Positions 10,169 through 21,500 of a DNA stretch of 64,000 bases are shown piece after piece (within the stretch, counting starts at the first letter, position 1; the number at the start of each line of letters is the position of its first letter). Under the pieces are notes generated by a model that ran no database searches, was not told where the DNA came from, and saw only the letters and a program-made list of their open reading frames with translations. Made by a program: the position numbers and the translations under genes. Source of the stretch: Aulosira sp. ZfuVER01 (lineage in GTDB: Bacteria > Cyanobacteriota > Cyanobacteriia > Cyanobacteriales > Nostocaceae). Location of the stretch: contig JAVRCV020000015.1 in NCBI GenBank assembly GCA_034530615.2, positions 32,001-96,000 on the forward strand, read 5' to 3'.

Positions 10169-10370
10169 CAGACACAGGTAAGCGTAACTGTCCATAACTT
10201 CAGATACCGATCTTTTTAGATGATCAATCGCACTTATTTAGCAGTATTTCCAAAGCAGCGATACCCCTAAAAAAAACAGAATCAAAAGCAGGCAACAAAA
10301 AAGGCGATCGCTCTCAATAACTAATAAAGAAAGCTATCGCACTCAGTAACACATAAAAAAGTGCGATCGC
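10169..10370 (+). repeat. Degenerate further copy of the 7693-7912 segment
   Basis: agacacagg.aagcgt…aaaaaacagaatca.aagcaggcaacaaaaaa…gcgatcgctctcaataact. Confidence 0.7.
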
Positions 10371-10607
10371 CAAGATATTTAAATCGAGTTTTCACAACCG
10401 AAGTTAACTAACTTAAGCGCTTCTTGTCTTTAAGTCCCCAAAGCAATGCTCCGGATTGGCGATCGCTTCCCAATTTTCCCATTACACCAACAGCAATCGC
10501 CTCAGACTTTGGGATTATTGGTGCGATCGCCGATACATTTGAGACCAATCGAAAAACCTGTCCAATCTGAGTACAATTTGATTAGACACAGGCAAGCGTG
10601 ACCTTCC

Positions 10608-10972
10608 ATGACAACAGCCACCGATATTCGTAGAAGAGCGATCGCACTGATTGAGCAGTTATCCCCAGAAAAGTTAAGTGCTGTCGTTCAATTATTGGAG
10701 TTTCTGTCTGAACCCTCAGAACAAGCTGCATCCAATCCTCAGGAGATAGCGCTGCTGGAAGTCATCCAACGTCGCCTTCCGCCCGATCAGCAGCAACGAT
10801 TACAGGAGTTACGCGATCGCTGTAAATGGGGCGAACTCACCGAAATCGGACATGAAAAATTGATCCACTATGAGGATCAGCTAGAACAGTGGCTAGATTG
10901 CCTAGAAGCTCTTAGGAGTTAGCAAGGCTAAAGAATATTGACTTGCTTACCTTGAATCGTCAATTTCAATAG
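10608..10972 (+). pseudogene. Small antitoxin-like helical hypothetical protein with a probable frameshift near the C-terminus
   Basis: ORF 10608-10922; a shifted frame continues ELARLKNIDLLTLNRQFQ* to 10972. Confidence 0.5.
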
Positions 10973-11504
10973 ACTCGTCCTAAAACTTGCAAGCAACTAG
11001 TGTTTTCCGAAAATACAACAGCAGAGAAAGACGATGGCTGCGCCAACGTCTGCGACGATCGCACTCATCAATGTGACACACTTCTCTATGGCATTAACCA
11101 ACCTCAACCGTGCAACTGCAATAATATTGAGTGATTTGCGATCGCGGACTTCATGAAAATCCGTAAAATTACTTAACGTCCATGCGACAATAAAGCAAGT
11201 AACATAAAAATTGCTGGATAAGTTTGCTTCATTCCGTCTTTTAACTCTGACGTACTTGCGGTCGGAAATGGTGCGTTGCATCTGTGTTCGCTAACAGAAT
11301 TCTTGAAACATTCCTTTTAATAGGGTGCATTTTTTACAATCAAGACTTTATTAAGTCGTAGATAACTTTGTAGATTTCGCAACTGAAGTTATTTACTGCT
11401 GAATTTTGCCAGTCATCTCCTGTTTGCTGGTGCATTTTAACTGATGCACTAGAAACGGTCATGTTTATCCATAAAAAATACATTTATAATCTGCGAGGTT
11501 TCCA

Positions 11505-12929
11505 ATGAAATCCCAACAAAGGAGCCGTAGACGTGGTGTAATCCTAACGCCCCAAGGATTGCAGAAACTCCAAGATGCAAAATCTGAATCAGAAAGTAAT
11601 GAAAATTTCGATCAACGTTATACCCGTGAAGCCTTAGGCTTTCGCATGAGGTTAGATCCAGATACAGTAGCAAAGGTATTTGCTTGTGAAGTGGGGGTAG
11701 ATCGGCAAACCCTGAAGTACTGTTTTGGTGCATTTAACCTGCAACTTGAATCCCAAGACTATCAATTTGCCAATCCTGATAACTATCTCCAGAACGGTAA
11801 CAAAGAAATCCAAACTTCGCTCTCTTGGGGAGAAGCACCAGATGTCTCCCTTTGTTGCGGACGCAGCGAAGAACTGGCAACTCTCAAGCAGTGGATTTTA
11901 AATGAATCTCCTACAAATAAGGCAATACCCTGCCGTTTTATTACTCTATTGGGCATGGGTGGTATCGGTAAAACCTGGCTATCCGTAAAACTTACTCAAC
12001 AGCTTCAGGATCAGTTTGAGTTCGTGATTTGGCGATCGCTCTTACCTCGTCCTCCCCTCAAAGACTTATTATCTGACCTCATTAGCTTCTTATCCAACGG
12101 ACAAGACACGAATTTACCAGATAACGTACATGGCGGAATGTCACGGTTTATTGATTATTTACAACACCACCGTTGTCTGCTGGTTTTAGATGGGGTGGAT
12201 GCTGTTTTACAAGATTGTGTAACTCAAAAGTCGGCTTGCAACAGTTGCGTCTGGTTTCCTGACAAAGGAGATCGAGAGTATCGAGAATTTTTTAAGCGGT
12301 TGGGAGAATCTACCCATAAAAGCTGCTTGATCCTCACAAGTCGCGATCAGCCAAAAGAAATTACACCATTGGCAGGTGAAATCTGCCCAGTGCGAGTCTT
12401 CCATCTCAACGGCTTGCAAATGCCAGATGTTCAGGAACTTTTCAACACCAAGGGTGTTTTTGAGGGAACCCCAGAAGATTGGTACAGACTGGTAGAATCT
12501 TATGCAGGACACCCCCTGGCTTTAAATCTTGTCTCCACCACTATTCAAAATTTATTTGCTGGCAAAATTGGTGAATTTTTGCAGCAACAAACCCCTGTTT
12601 TCGGTGAAGTGTCCAACCTGTTAGAACAGCAATGGCAATGCTTATCAGATACAGCTAAGGAAATTCTCAAATCCTTGGCATTCCATTGCCAACCGATTTC
12701 ATTTGCTCAATTGCGATCGCATCTGGCATCTTCCATCTCACCCCAAATTTTATTGGAGGTGTTGGAGTCTTTGCAAGTGCGATCGCTCATTGAAACCCAG
12801 GGGGCTAGGTTCTCGCTACATCCTTTAGTTATAGAATATGTCAATTCCCAACTCATTCCCCAGAATAATGCACAATTTCAGCAGAGTCTCTTGCCCGATC
12901 AAAAGCATGAACTCCAAATTGCCAGTTAA
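11505..12929 (+). CDS. HTH + NB-ARC (STAND) ATPase without C-terminal WD40 repeats
   Basis: RRRGVILT..GLQKL N-terminal HTH, SWGEAPDVS, Walker A GMGGIGKT, Walker B CLLVLD, GHPLAL, C-terminal wHTH ending FSLHPLVIEYV. Confidence 0.85.
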   Translation: MKSQQRSRRRGVILTPQGLQKLQDAKSESESNENFDQRYTREALGFRMRLDPDTVAKVFACEVGVDRQTLKYCFGAFNLQLESQDYQFANPDNYLQNGNKEIQTSLSWGEAPDVSLCCGRSEELATLKQWILNESPTNKAIPCRFITLLGMGGIGKTWLSVKLTQQLQDQFEFVIWRSLLPRPPLKDLLSDLISFLSNGQDTNLPDNVHGGMSRFIDYLQHHRCLLVLDGVDAVLQDCVTQKSACNSCVWFPDKGDREYREFFKRLGESTHKSCLILTSRDQPKEITPLAGEICPVRVFHLNGLQMPDVQELFNTKGVFEGTPEDWYRLVESYAGHPLALNLVSTTIQNLFAGKIGEFLQQQTPVFGEVSNLLEQQWQCLSDTAKEILKSLAFHCQPISFAQLRSHLASSISPQILLEVLESLQVRSLIETQGARFSLHPLVIEYVNSQLIPQNNAQFQQSLLPDQKHELQIAS

Positions 12930-12957
12930 CTAGCCATGAATTACGAACTACGAATTT

Positions 12958-14760
12958 CTAAGGTTTGCTGTATTTTGCTACCAGACTAGCTAATAGAGGT
13001 AAATCAATTGGTTTAGAAATATAGTCATTTACTCCAGCAGTCAGACAAGTTTCGCGATCGCCTTTCATTGCCATTGCTGTTTGGGCAATTACCGGAGTCA
13101 TCTGATAATGCTGGTTTTCTCTCAGTTGCCGTACTAAGTTCAGGCCATGATCATCCGGCAAATTCACATCCATTAAAACTACTGCTGGGTTGATATTTTC
13201 TAGCGCTTCCCACATCTCGGCAGCATTTTTTACCCAAGTTACTTGATAGCCCAATTTTTCTAAATAAATTTGTATCAATTTAGCGTTATTTAAGTCATTT
13301 TCCACTAACAAAATTTCTAAAAGAGAGCTAGGGGCGCTAGGTAGAGGCGGAGAGGAAGATGAATCAGCAATTTCACCCCCAATTCCTGCTAATTCCCCAA
13401 TGGGATTTAGGGGCAGTACGATAGTAAAACGCGAGCCACAATCAACTTCAGATTCGACTTCTATACAACCACCGTGAACTTCTGCGAGTTTGCGAGTCAC
13501 GGCTAAACCTAAACCAGTACCTTCATGACGAGCAACTGTGGAGTTAGCAATTTGGAAGTACGGTTGAAACAGTTGAGTTTGGTCTGCTTTGGATATACCA
13601 GTGCCAGTATCCCAAACTGTAAAATTCACAAAACTACCTTGAGCCACAACCTTTAAACCAACAGTTCCTGTAGTTGTAAACTTAAGAGCGTTGAAGAGTA
13701 AATTCAACAGCATTTGTTTTAGACGTAACGGATCGGCAACAAGAGTTGTTACATCTGTGTCTAGATCCAAAAGCAGCTTTAAACCCTTGTTGGCAGCTTT
13801 TTCTTTGACTAATGCCAAAACATTGCGACATAGCGCTGGTACATCGACTATTTCCCACTGCACTTCCAGCTGGTTGGCTTCAATTTTAGAGAGATCCAAA
13901 ATATCATTTATTAGCGCTAGCAGGTGCTTGCCACTGGATTGAATAATATTTAAATATTCTTGATGACGTTCTTTAGTCGGATCGTAGCCTTGAGCTAAAA
14001 GCAGGTGGGTAAAACCGATGATAGAACTCAACGGTGTGCGGATTTCGTGACTCGTATTTGCCAAAAACTGGTTTTTAAGTTGATTGGTACGCTCCAGTTC
14101 TCGATTAGAACTACCTAAGTATTGGGTTTTTTGTTGCCAAGATTGTATTTGTCTTAGCTGTGCCAACACTACATTGCAGTACTTAACAGCCCGTGCAATT
14201 AGTTGCGATCTAAATTGAGGTTCTAATCCTGGGAAAGAATCACAATCCGGTCTAACTTGTATCTTGGCAATTATTAGCCAGACTACCATCCCACCAGAAT
14301 CATCGCTCAACTGCCAAGCGTTGGGTGGTTCTTGATTCTCAAGGTGCTGCAAATCTTCGAGTTCTACCGGCTCGTCCAATCTCAAGCGTAGCTTTCTGCC
14401 TTTTTTGGAGATTGCTTCTAGCTGTGGAAGTTGCGATCGCCGGGATGGCGATGGAGAAACATAACAGACTTTACCAGTTATTTCTTGCGGTTGGAACAGA
14501 GCGATCGCCACCTGGGTGCTATTTAAAGCATGGTTAAGATCGTTGACCAAAATTTGGAAAATTTCTGCTTCTGTCGCTCTTTGCTGTGGCAAAGTAGTAC
14601 AAGCAGAAAGCAGGCAATCATTAAGATGGCTTTGCAACTGGTTCAAGCTGCTTTCCAGCCACAACTCGGCCCGAAGTTGCTGGATTGTGGTCAAAAGTGT
14701 TTGAGTTGCATCTATCTGTGAGTTCTGTTCTGGTAAGCTTGAATACTGCTGCATGGTCAA
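12958..14760 (-). CDS. hrmK: Hybrid histidine kinase/response regulator, HrmK-like
   Basis: FLANTSHEIRTPL H-box, N/G boxes and C-terminal REC; N-terminus MQQYSSLPEQNSQ resembles Nostoc HrmK as recalled (gene symbol less certain than the domain call). Confidence 0.7.
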   Translation of the reverse strand: MTMQQYSSLPEQNSQIDATQTLLTTIQQLRAELWLESSLNQLQSHLNDCLLSACTTLPQQRATEAEIFQILVNDLNHALNSTQVAIALFQPQEITGKVCYVSPSPSRRSQLPQLEAISKKGRKLRLRLDEPVELEDLQHLENQEPPNAWQLSDDSGGMVVWLIIAKIQVRPDCDSFPGLEPQFRSQLIARAVKYCNVVLAQLRQIQSWQQKTQYLGSSNRELERTNQLKNQFLANTSHEIRTPLSSIIGFTHLLLAQGYDPTKERHQEYLNIIQSSGKHLLALINDILDLSKIEANQLEVQWEIVDVPALCRNVLALVKEKAANKGLKLLLDLDTDVTTLVADPLRLKQMLLNLLFNALKFTTTGTVGLKVVAQGSFVNFTVWDTGTGISKADQTQLFQPYFQIANSTVARHEGTGLGLAVTRKLAEVHGGCIEVESEVDCGSRFTIVLPLNPIGELAGIGGEIADSSSSPPLPSAPSSLLEILLVENDLNNAKLIQIYLEKLGYQVTWVKNAAEMWEALENINPAVVLMDVNLPDDHGLNLVRQLRENQHYQMTPVIAQTAMAMKGDRETCLTAGVNDYISKPIDLPLLASLVAKYSKP

Positions 14761-14936
14761 CTAGACCGTTGAACAAGTTTCGCTTCGCACAAGAGTGCGA
14801 ACAGGATCTTATGTATATTAGCGCACATTTGTTTTTATTTATAAAGCATAACCTATAGTGTCGAATGTGACGAAGATCCCACAATTTAATGTACGAAATC
14901 ACTAAGCTTGGAATTTCTTAAGATCAACTTAAGACT

Positions 14937-15803
14937 ATGGATTTACAACTTGCTCAATTAATTATCAATGGAATTGCTGTAGGGAGTATTATTGCTCTAG
15001 CGGCAGTCGGACTGACTCTAACATACGGGATTTTACGGTTGTCAAATTTTGCTCACGGTGACTTTCTCACTTTGGGAGCTTACCTGACGCTGCTAGTAAA
15101 TACTGCTGGTATTAATATTTGGTTGTCGATGATCCTGGCTGCGGCAGGAACAGTAGCGACAATGCTGTTATCCGAAAAGTTGCTGTGGTCAAGAATGCGG
15201 AGTCTCCGCGCTACTTCCACTACGCTAATTATTATTTCCATCGGACTTGCCTTATTCTTACGTAATGGGATTATTCTGATTTGGGGTGGTAAGAACCAAA
15301 ATTACAATGTACCTGTTACCTCAGCTTTAGACATCTTTGGCTTAAAAGTGCCGCAAAATCAATTGTTGGTATTGGGTTTAGCAGTGCTAGCTATTTTAGC
15401 GCTGCATTACCTCTTACAAAACACCAAAATTGGCAAGGCGATGCGAGCTGTAGCTGACGATCTAGACTTAGCTAGGGTTTCTGGTATTAATGTAGAACAA
15501 GTAATTCTCTGGACTTGGGTAATTGCTGGCACACTGACATCCTTAGGAGGTAGTATGTACGGCTTGATTACTGCTGTGCGCCCAAATATGGGGTGGTTTT
15601 TGATTTTGCCCCTATTCGCCTCAGTGATTTTGGGTGGAATTGGCAATCCTTATGGTGCGATCGCCGCCGCTTTTATCATTGGTATAGTCCAAGAAGTCAG
15701 CACTCCTTGGCTCGGTTCTCAATATAAACAAGGTGTAGCGCTGTTAATTATGATTTTGGTGCTGCTCATTCGTCCCAAAGGTTTATTCAAAGGCACGATT
15801 TGA
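14937..15803 (+). CDS. natD: Branched-chain/neutral amino acid ABC transporter permease (LivH/NatD)
   Basis: GLTLTYGILRLSNFAHGD, TKIGKAMRAVADD and SVILGGIGNPYGA motifs. Confidence 0.85.
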   Translation: MDLQLAQLIINGIAVGSIIALAAVGLTLTYGILRLSNFAHGDFLTLGAYLTLLVNTAGINIWLSMILAAAGTVATMLLSEKLLWSRMRSLRATSTTLIIISIGLALFLRNGIILIWGGKNQNYNVPVTSALDIFGLKVPQNQLLVLGLAVLAILALHYLLQNTKIGKAMRAVADDLDLARVSGINVEQVILWTWVIAGTLTSLGGSMYGLITAVRPNMGWFLILPLFASVILGGIGNPYGAIAAAFIIGIVQEVSTPWLGSQYKQGVALLIMILVLLIRPKGLFKGTI

Positions 15804-15824
15804 GCAGCACCGCTCAACTTCTAA

Positions 15825-15962
15825 CTATTGGATGATATTGAAGTAATAGGCCGCAACTAAGAAGTTGATCGCTAACAACAACAATGCCCAACCAGTACGG
15901 AAGGGATAGGGAGGTTTAGCTCCACTGTCAGCAACCGGGGAATTTTTACTTTTAGCAGTCAT
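15825..15962 (-). CDS. psaX: Photosystem I subunit PsaX (not in the ORF track)
   Basis: Translates to MTAKSKNSPVADSGAKPPYPFRTGWALLLLAINFLVAAYYFNIIQ*. Confidence 0.95.
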   Translation of the reverse strand: MTAKSKNSPVADSGAKPPYPFRTGWALLLLAINFLVAAYYFNIIQ

Positions 15963-16050
15963 TAGGCTGTTCTCCTAAATTTCAGGACTTTTTAAGACAT
16001 ACCAAACAGGTGTACCGATTGCCCAAATTCTTTAAAAATATTTGTGTAGT

Positions 16051-16106
16051 TTGGGCATTGGGCATCGGGCATTGGGCATTGGGCATGGGGCATCGGGCAT
16101 TGGACA
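16051..16106. repeat. STRR heptamer tandem repeat (TTGGGCA)x8
   Basis: Eight 7-nt units with single-base variants. Confidence 0.9.
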
Positions 16107-16158
16107 AAAGTCATTAGTTATTTATGGTCTACTCCCCTTGTCCCTTTTCCTCTGCTGC

Positions 16159-17064
16159 TCACGTCTCTTCACCTGCATGGTAGGAACTGCGAACCAGAGG
16201 CCCGGAACGGACATGGCTGAATCCCATCTTCCATGCTACGCTGCCGAGTCGATCGAATTCCTCTGGAGTCCAGTATTTTTGAACTGGCAGATGTTCCAAA
16301 GACGGTCGCATATATTGACCAATGGTTAAGCGATCGCATCCGACTGCTCTTAAATCTGTCATTGTTTCAATGACTTCATCGCTGGTTTCTCCATGTCCTA
16401 GCATCAAACCTGATTTCGTGGGGATGGAAGAATCTATTTCTTTTACAATTGCAAGGACACGGAGCGAGCGATCGTACTTCGCTCCCCGGCGGACTGGCCC
16501 GGTTAAGCGTCGCACTGTCTCGATATTGTGGTTAAAACAAGCTGGCTTCGCCCTGACAATCATCGCTATCCGTTGGCGTTGACCTTCTTCCCCAGCCCCT
16601 ACACCGCCCCAAAAATCTGGTGTCAACACTTCAATTTGAGTTTCTGGGTTCAACTGACGGATAGTTTTCATTGTTTGGACAAAATGACCCGCACCTTGAT
16701 CTGCCAAGTCATCACGGGCGACAGAAGTCAAAACCACATAACGTAAACCCAAAAGCTGCACTGCTTCTGCCACCTTTTGCGGTTCTTCTAGGTCAACAGG
16801 CATTGGTGCATGGCCTTTATCTACTTGACAAAATGCACAAGAGCGTGTGCAAGTAGGCCCCATTAGTAAAAAAGTTGCTGTTTTTTGGGCATAGCATTCC
16901 CCCCGATTAGGGCAACGTCCTTCTTCGCAAATTGTATGGATTTGGCGCTGCTTAATAATGCGTTGTACGGTAGAGATTTCACTGGCTTTGCCGATAGAGC
17001 GACGTAACCAGCTAGGCATTGCCATAATTTCTGACTTGAGTTGGGCTTGTTGTGACGAAGTCAT
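16159..17064 (-). CDS. lipA: Lipoyl synthase
   Basis: [20 protein letters not shown] radical-SAM motif, C-terminal RSSYHA; start placed at MTSSQQ (ORF extends to 17085). Confidence 0.95.
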   Translation of the reverse strand: MTSSQQAQLKSEIMAMPSWLRRSIGKASEISTVQRIIKQRQIHTICEEGRCPNRGECYAQKTATFLLMGPTCTRSCAFCQVDKGHAPMPVDLEEPQKVAEAVQLLGLRYVVLTSVARDDLADQGAGHFVQTMKTIRQLNPETQIEVLTPDFWGGVGAGEEGQRQRIAMIVRAKPACFNHNIETVRRLTGPVRRGAKYDRSLRVLAIVKEIDSSIPTKSGLMLGHGETSDEVIETMTDLRAVGCDRLTIGQYMRPSLEHLPVQKYWTPEEFDRLGSVAWKMGFSHVRSGPLVRSSYHAGEET

Positions 17065-17322
17065 AGACATCCAAGCAAGATCCAAAGGTACTGTAGGGCA
17101 AGTTTCCTATGCTCTAGCGCAAGGTTCAAGCCTTAAATATCACCATGACACAATTTGCCAAGAATATAAGCCGAAGTTTTTTAAAACACATCCAGTAACA
17201 TCACTTATAGCGGAATATACTCTCCCCCATTCAAGATAAATTTTGGATATAGTGGGAGCATTCTCAACGTCCAACGGCAAAATAGCCATCTTCACCTATA
17301 GTTTCTGTTAGAGTAATCAGTC

Positions 17323-17964
17323 GTGGCAAGTAACAAAATCCTAGTTATTGATGACACCACAGTTGTCAGAGTAAAAGTACGAGAAATGTTGCCTCCTGGC
17401 AATTTCGAGGTTGTGGAAGCAAAAGACGGCTTGGAAGGACTTAATTTTATCCTTAAAGAAAAATTCAACTTAATCATGTTGGATTTTCTCTTACCCAAAA
17501 TGAGTGGTTGGGAAGTGTTCCAGCAAATTCAAGCCCAGCCAGAGTTAAGGAAGATTCCCTTAGTGATGATGTCTGGCCGTAAGGAAGAAGTGACGGAGAA
17601 AATTCCCGAACCCTTTGAATATTTTGAATTTCTTGGGAAGCCCTTTGACCAGAAGCAACTAATTGGTGCTATTAAATCAGCAATGGCGAAATCCAAACAG
17701 GTACGCCCAGAACCTGTTTTGGTAGGAGCTGGTGTTGCTGTTAGTAATGCTCCAGTCTCAACTTCTAGTTACGGTAATGGTACAGTCACAACTTCTAGCA
17801 CTAGTACTACTAGTAGTGCTGTTCCAACACCTGTTGTTGAGGCTGCTCCCTCTGCGGAAATTGAGATGCTCAATGAAAAAATCGTCAAGATGCAAGCAGA
17901 AATTGATGGTTTGAAGAAACAACTAGCTCAGGTTGTGACTTTTATTAAACAGAAAGTTAAGTAG
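17323..17964 (+). CDS. Response regulator (REC + low-complexity linker + coiled coil)
   Basis: ILVIDD…LIMLDFLLP…GKPF receiver domain; GTG start. Confidence 0.85.
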   Translation: MASNKILVIDDTTVVRVKVREMLPPGNFEVVEAKDGLEGLNFILKEKFNLIMLDFLLPKMSGWEVFQQIQAQPELRKIPLVMMSGRKEEVTEKIPEPFEYFEFLGKPFDQKQLIGAIKSAMAKSKQVRPEPVLVGAGVAVSNAPVSTSSYGNGTVTTSSTSTTSSAVPTPVVEAAPSAEIEMLNEKIVKMQAEIDGLKKQLAQVVTFIKQKVK

Positions 17965-18513
17965 CTATCATTATTGATGTACACCCCTTTGGGGTACTCT
18001 GAACACCCTGATTACTAGTACTGAATAACCAATACGCGATCGCATCTGGATATATTTTGCCCGATTTCGCAAATATGTATGGTCGAGTGTACTGAAAAAG
18101 ATTAATAACCCCAACTGCTATGTCAAACAAAGCAGCTATAGAAAGACTAGCCCTGCCAAATTTTCTTCTAACAAGAGATAAAGGCAGGGTTTTTTATTGA
18201 GCAGAGCGATCGCGCCTGCTAGGCTGAAATACATTGAATCTGCATCATTACTTATCAAGGTTTTTCAGAGTCCAGAATAACTATTGAGGACTCTTGATCT
18301 TTGACTACCCTACACGAAAAATATCCAATTTAAAAGTTTGACAGCTTATTTTTTCAATTTTGATATTTTTAATTACAGTAATTATTTTAATTTATTGCGA
18401 AGTACAACATTAAAATATACAGAACAAACAAAACTAAAACTATTTAATGATAGTGCTAACTATGTCATGGGAATACTGAACCATAGAAATAAAATTTATA
18501 ATCGCAGGCTACA

Positions 18514-21500
18514 ATGTTAGTACTATCAGATACTGTATCTCCTATACTTGGTCATCGCATTACTGAGCAAATATATTCAGGTCAAAAAACCTTAGTTTAT
18601 CGGGCTATTAGAGAAAAAGACCAGCAATCAGTTATTTTAAAACTGATGCGCAATGAAGATCCTAACTTTGCTGAAATTAATCAGTTCCGCAATCAATACA
18701 CAATTACCCAAAATCTTGAAGTTCCGGGAATAGTCAAACTACTAAGCCTAGAAAATTACCATAATAGATATGCTATAGTCATGGAAGATTTTGGGGGGCT
18801 AGCCCTGAATCTCTGGCGCATAGAAGAGCAGCAACAGGGAAAAAATACTGTTTCATTAAGTCAGTTTTTTGATATTGCTATTGAAATTTCTACAACTTTG
18901 GAAGGCTTGCATCGCCATCGCATCATTCACAAAGATATCAAGCCTGCAAACATCCTCATTCATCCCATAACAGGTAAGACTAAAATTATTGATTTTAGCC
19001 TTGCTACTTTATTACCAAAAGAAATTCAATTTCTCACAAATCCTAACGTCTTAGAAGGGACTTTAGCTTATATTTCCCCTGAACAAACAGGACGGATGAA
19101 TCGAGGTATAGACTACCGTACCGACTTTTATTCTTTGGGTGTCACCTTTTTTGAACTCCTGACTGGGCAGTTACCTTTCTGTAGCACTGAACCTATGGAG
19201 TTAGTCTACTCTCACATTGCCAAAGAACCACCAAAAGCCAGCTTGATTAACTCCAATATTCCTACAATTGTATCTGATATTATCAGCAAACTGATGGCTA
19301 AAAATGCCGAAGACCGATATCAGAGCGCGCATGGACTCAGATATGATTTGGAAATATGCCGCAACCAATGGCAAGAGAAAGGAAATATTACGAGCTTTGA
19401 ATTAGCAAGCCGGGATATCTCCAACCATTTTGCTATTCCAGAAAAACTTTATGGTCGCCAACGAGAGATTGAAATTTTACTCACTACTTTTGATCGAGTG
19501 ACAAGCGGTAACACAGAAATGATCTTAGTCGCTGGTTACTCAGGAATTGGTAAAACTGCTGTGGTTAATGAAGTCCACAAACCTATTGCAAGACAGCGTA
19601 GTTACTTTATTAAAGGGAAATTCGACCAGTTCCAACGTGAGATACCATTGTCAGGATTGGTGCAAGCTTTGCGGGATTTAATTGGGCAACTACTCTCGGA
19701 AACAGATGCCCAAATTCAACAATGGAAAGCCAAAATTCTATTAGCATTGGGTACGCAATCCCAGGTAATTATTGATGTCATTCCTGAACTAGAAAGAATT
19801 ATTGGTCAACAACCTCCAGTTGCTGAATTAGCTAGTGGTGCTTCTCAAAATCGATTCAATTTATTGTTCCAGAGATTTATTCAGGTTTTTACTACTAAAG
19901 AGCATCCTCTGGTCATCTTTCTAGATGATTTGCAATGGGCAGATACAACTTCCTTAAAAGTTATTCAATTATTAATGAGTGGAACTTCTTCTCGTCTTAC
20001 TAATGAGACAGAGAATATATCTGAGAGTAAAGCGGCTCTGCTAATGATTGGGGCATATAGAGATAATGAGGTATTAAATTCACATCCATTACATTTGACA
20101 CTACAAGAACTTGCTAAAACCGGAGCAGTAATTAATACAATTAGGCTCTCCCCTTTGAGTCAGGTTGATTTAAATCATCTGATTGCTGATACACTGCATA
20201 GTCGAGAAGCTATCGCTGTGCCTCTGACTCAAATGGTTTTTGCCAAAACTAAAGGTAATCCCTTCTTTGCCGCTCAATTTCTCAAGTTATTATATGATGA
20301 CGAACTCATTAAATTAAATTTTGATGCTGGACATTGGCAGTACGATATTAACAAAATTAAAACATTATCTCTTACAGATGATGTAGTAGAATTTATAGGC
20401 ATTCAAATAGAAAAATTGCCCGAAAATACACAAAATGTATTAAAAATTTCTGCTTGTATTGGTAATGAGTTTGACTTAAAAACATTATCAATTGTTAATG
20501 AAAAATCTTTAATAGATACTGCCTCAGATTTATGGCAAGCATTAATTGAAGGGCTAATTGTACCTCAGAAAGATGGTTATAATCTGGTAGTAGAGGATGA
20601 TAGGCAATTATTAAGTCTTTCAAATCGAGAATCAGAAAATTTATCAATTACCAATTCCCAATTACCCAAATATAAATTTGTACATGACCGAGTTCAGCAA
20701 GCAGCTTATTCTCTAATTTCCCAAGAGCAAATAAAGCAAATACATTTAAGAATAGGACTACTTTTATTAAAAAATATCCCAGTTGCTGAACGAGGAGAAA
20801 AGATATTTGAGTTAGTGAATCAGTTGAATATTGCAGTTGAATTCATCAGCGATCGCCCTAAACTTGATGAGCTAGCCCAAATGAATTTGATTGCTGGGCG
20901 TAAAGCTTTGGTATCAACAGCTTATTCATCTGCGCTTAAGTATTTAACTACGGGAATTGAGCTACTAGCAGATGATAGTTGGGAGACAAATTATGAGCTA
21001 ACTCTAGCTTTGTATGAAATAGCAGTAGAAGCAGCATACTTAGCTGGTGACTTTGAGCAGATGGAGCAATTAGCAGATGTGGTATTAGTAAAAGCGAAAA
21101 CACTCTTAGAAAAAGTCAAAGTCTATGAAGTTAAAATTCAGGCTTATGGAGCGCAGAATCAAATAATAGAAGCAGTCAATATTGCACTAGTAGTTTTGAA
21201 ATTATTTGGAGTAGAGTTTCCAGAAAATCCCAATCAGTCAGATGTCCAGCTTGAAATGGAGAAAATAACTTTAAGTCTAGCTAATCGATGCGTTGGAGAC
21301 TTAATCAATCTACCAGAAATGGAAGATGTCAAAGTACTAGCAGTCATGCGTATTCTATCCAGTATCATTGTTTATGCTAGTCAAGCTTTTCCTGAGCTTT
21401 TTCCATTAATTGTTTTGAAACAAGTAAACTTATCGCTCGAATATGGTAATGCTTCCTTATCTGCTTTTAGTTATGTTGTTTATGGGTTATTCCTCTGTGG

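Noticed and set aside
10997..11281. 94-aa minus-strand ORF divergent from the NB-ARC gene as a RiPP precursor or real gene
   Set aside because: No leader or cleavage motif, no modifying enzymes nearby and no recognisable homology; it cannot be supported
16042..16329. 95-aa ORF with GIGH repeats
   Set aside because: It is a translation of the STRR heptamer run and overlaps lipA antisense
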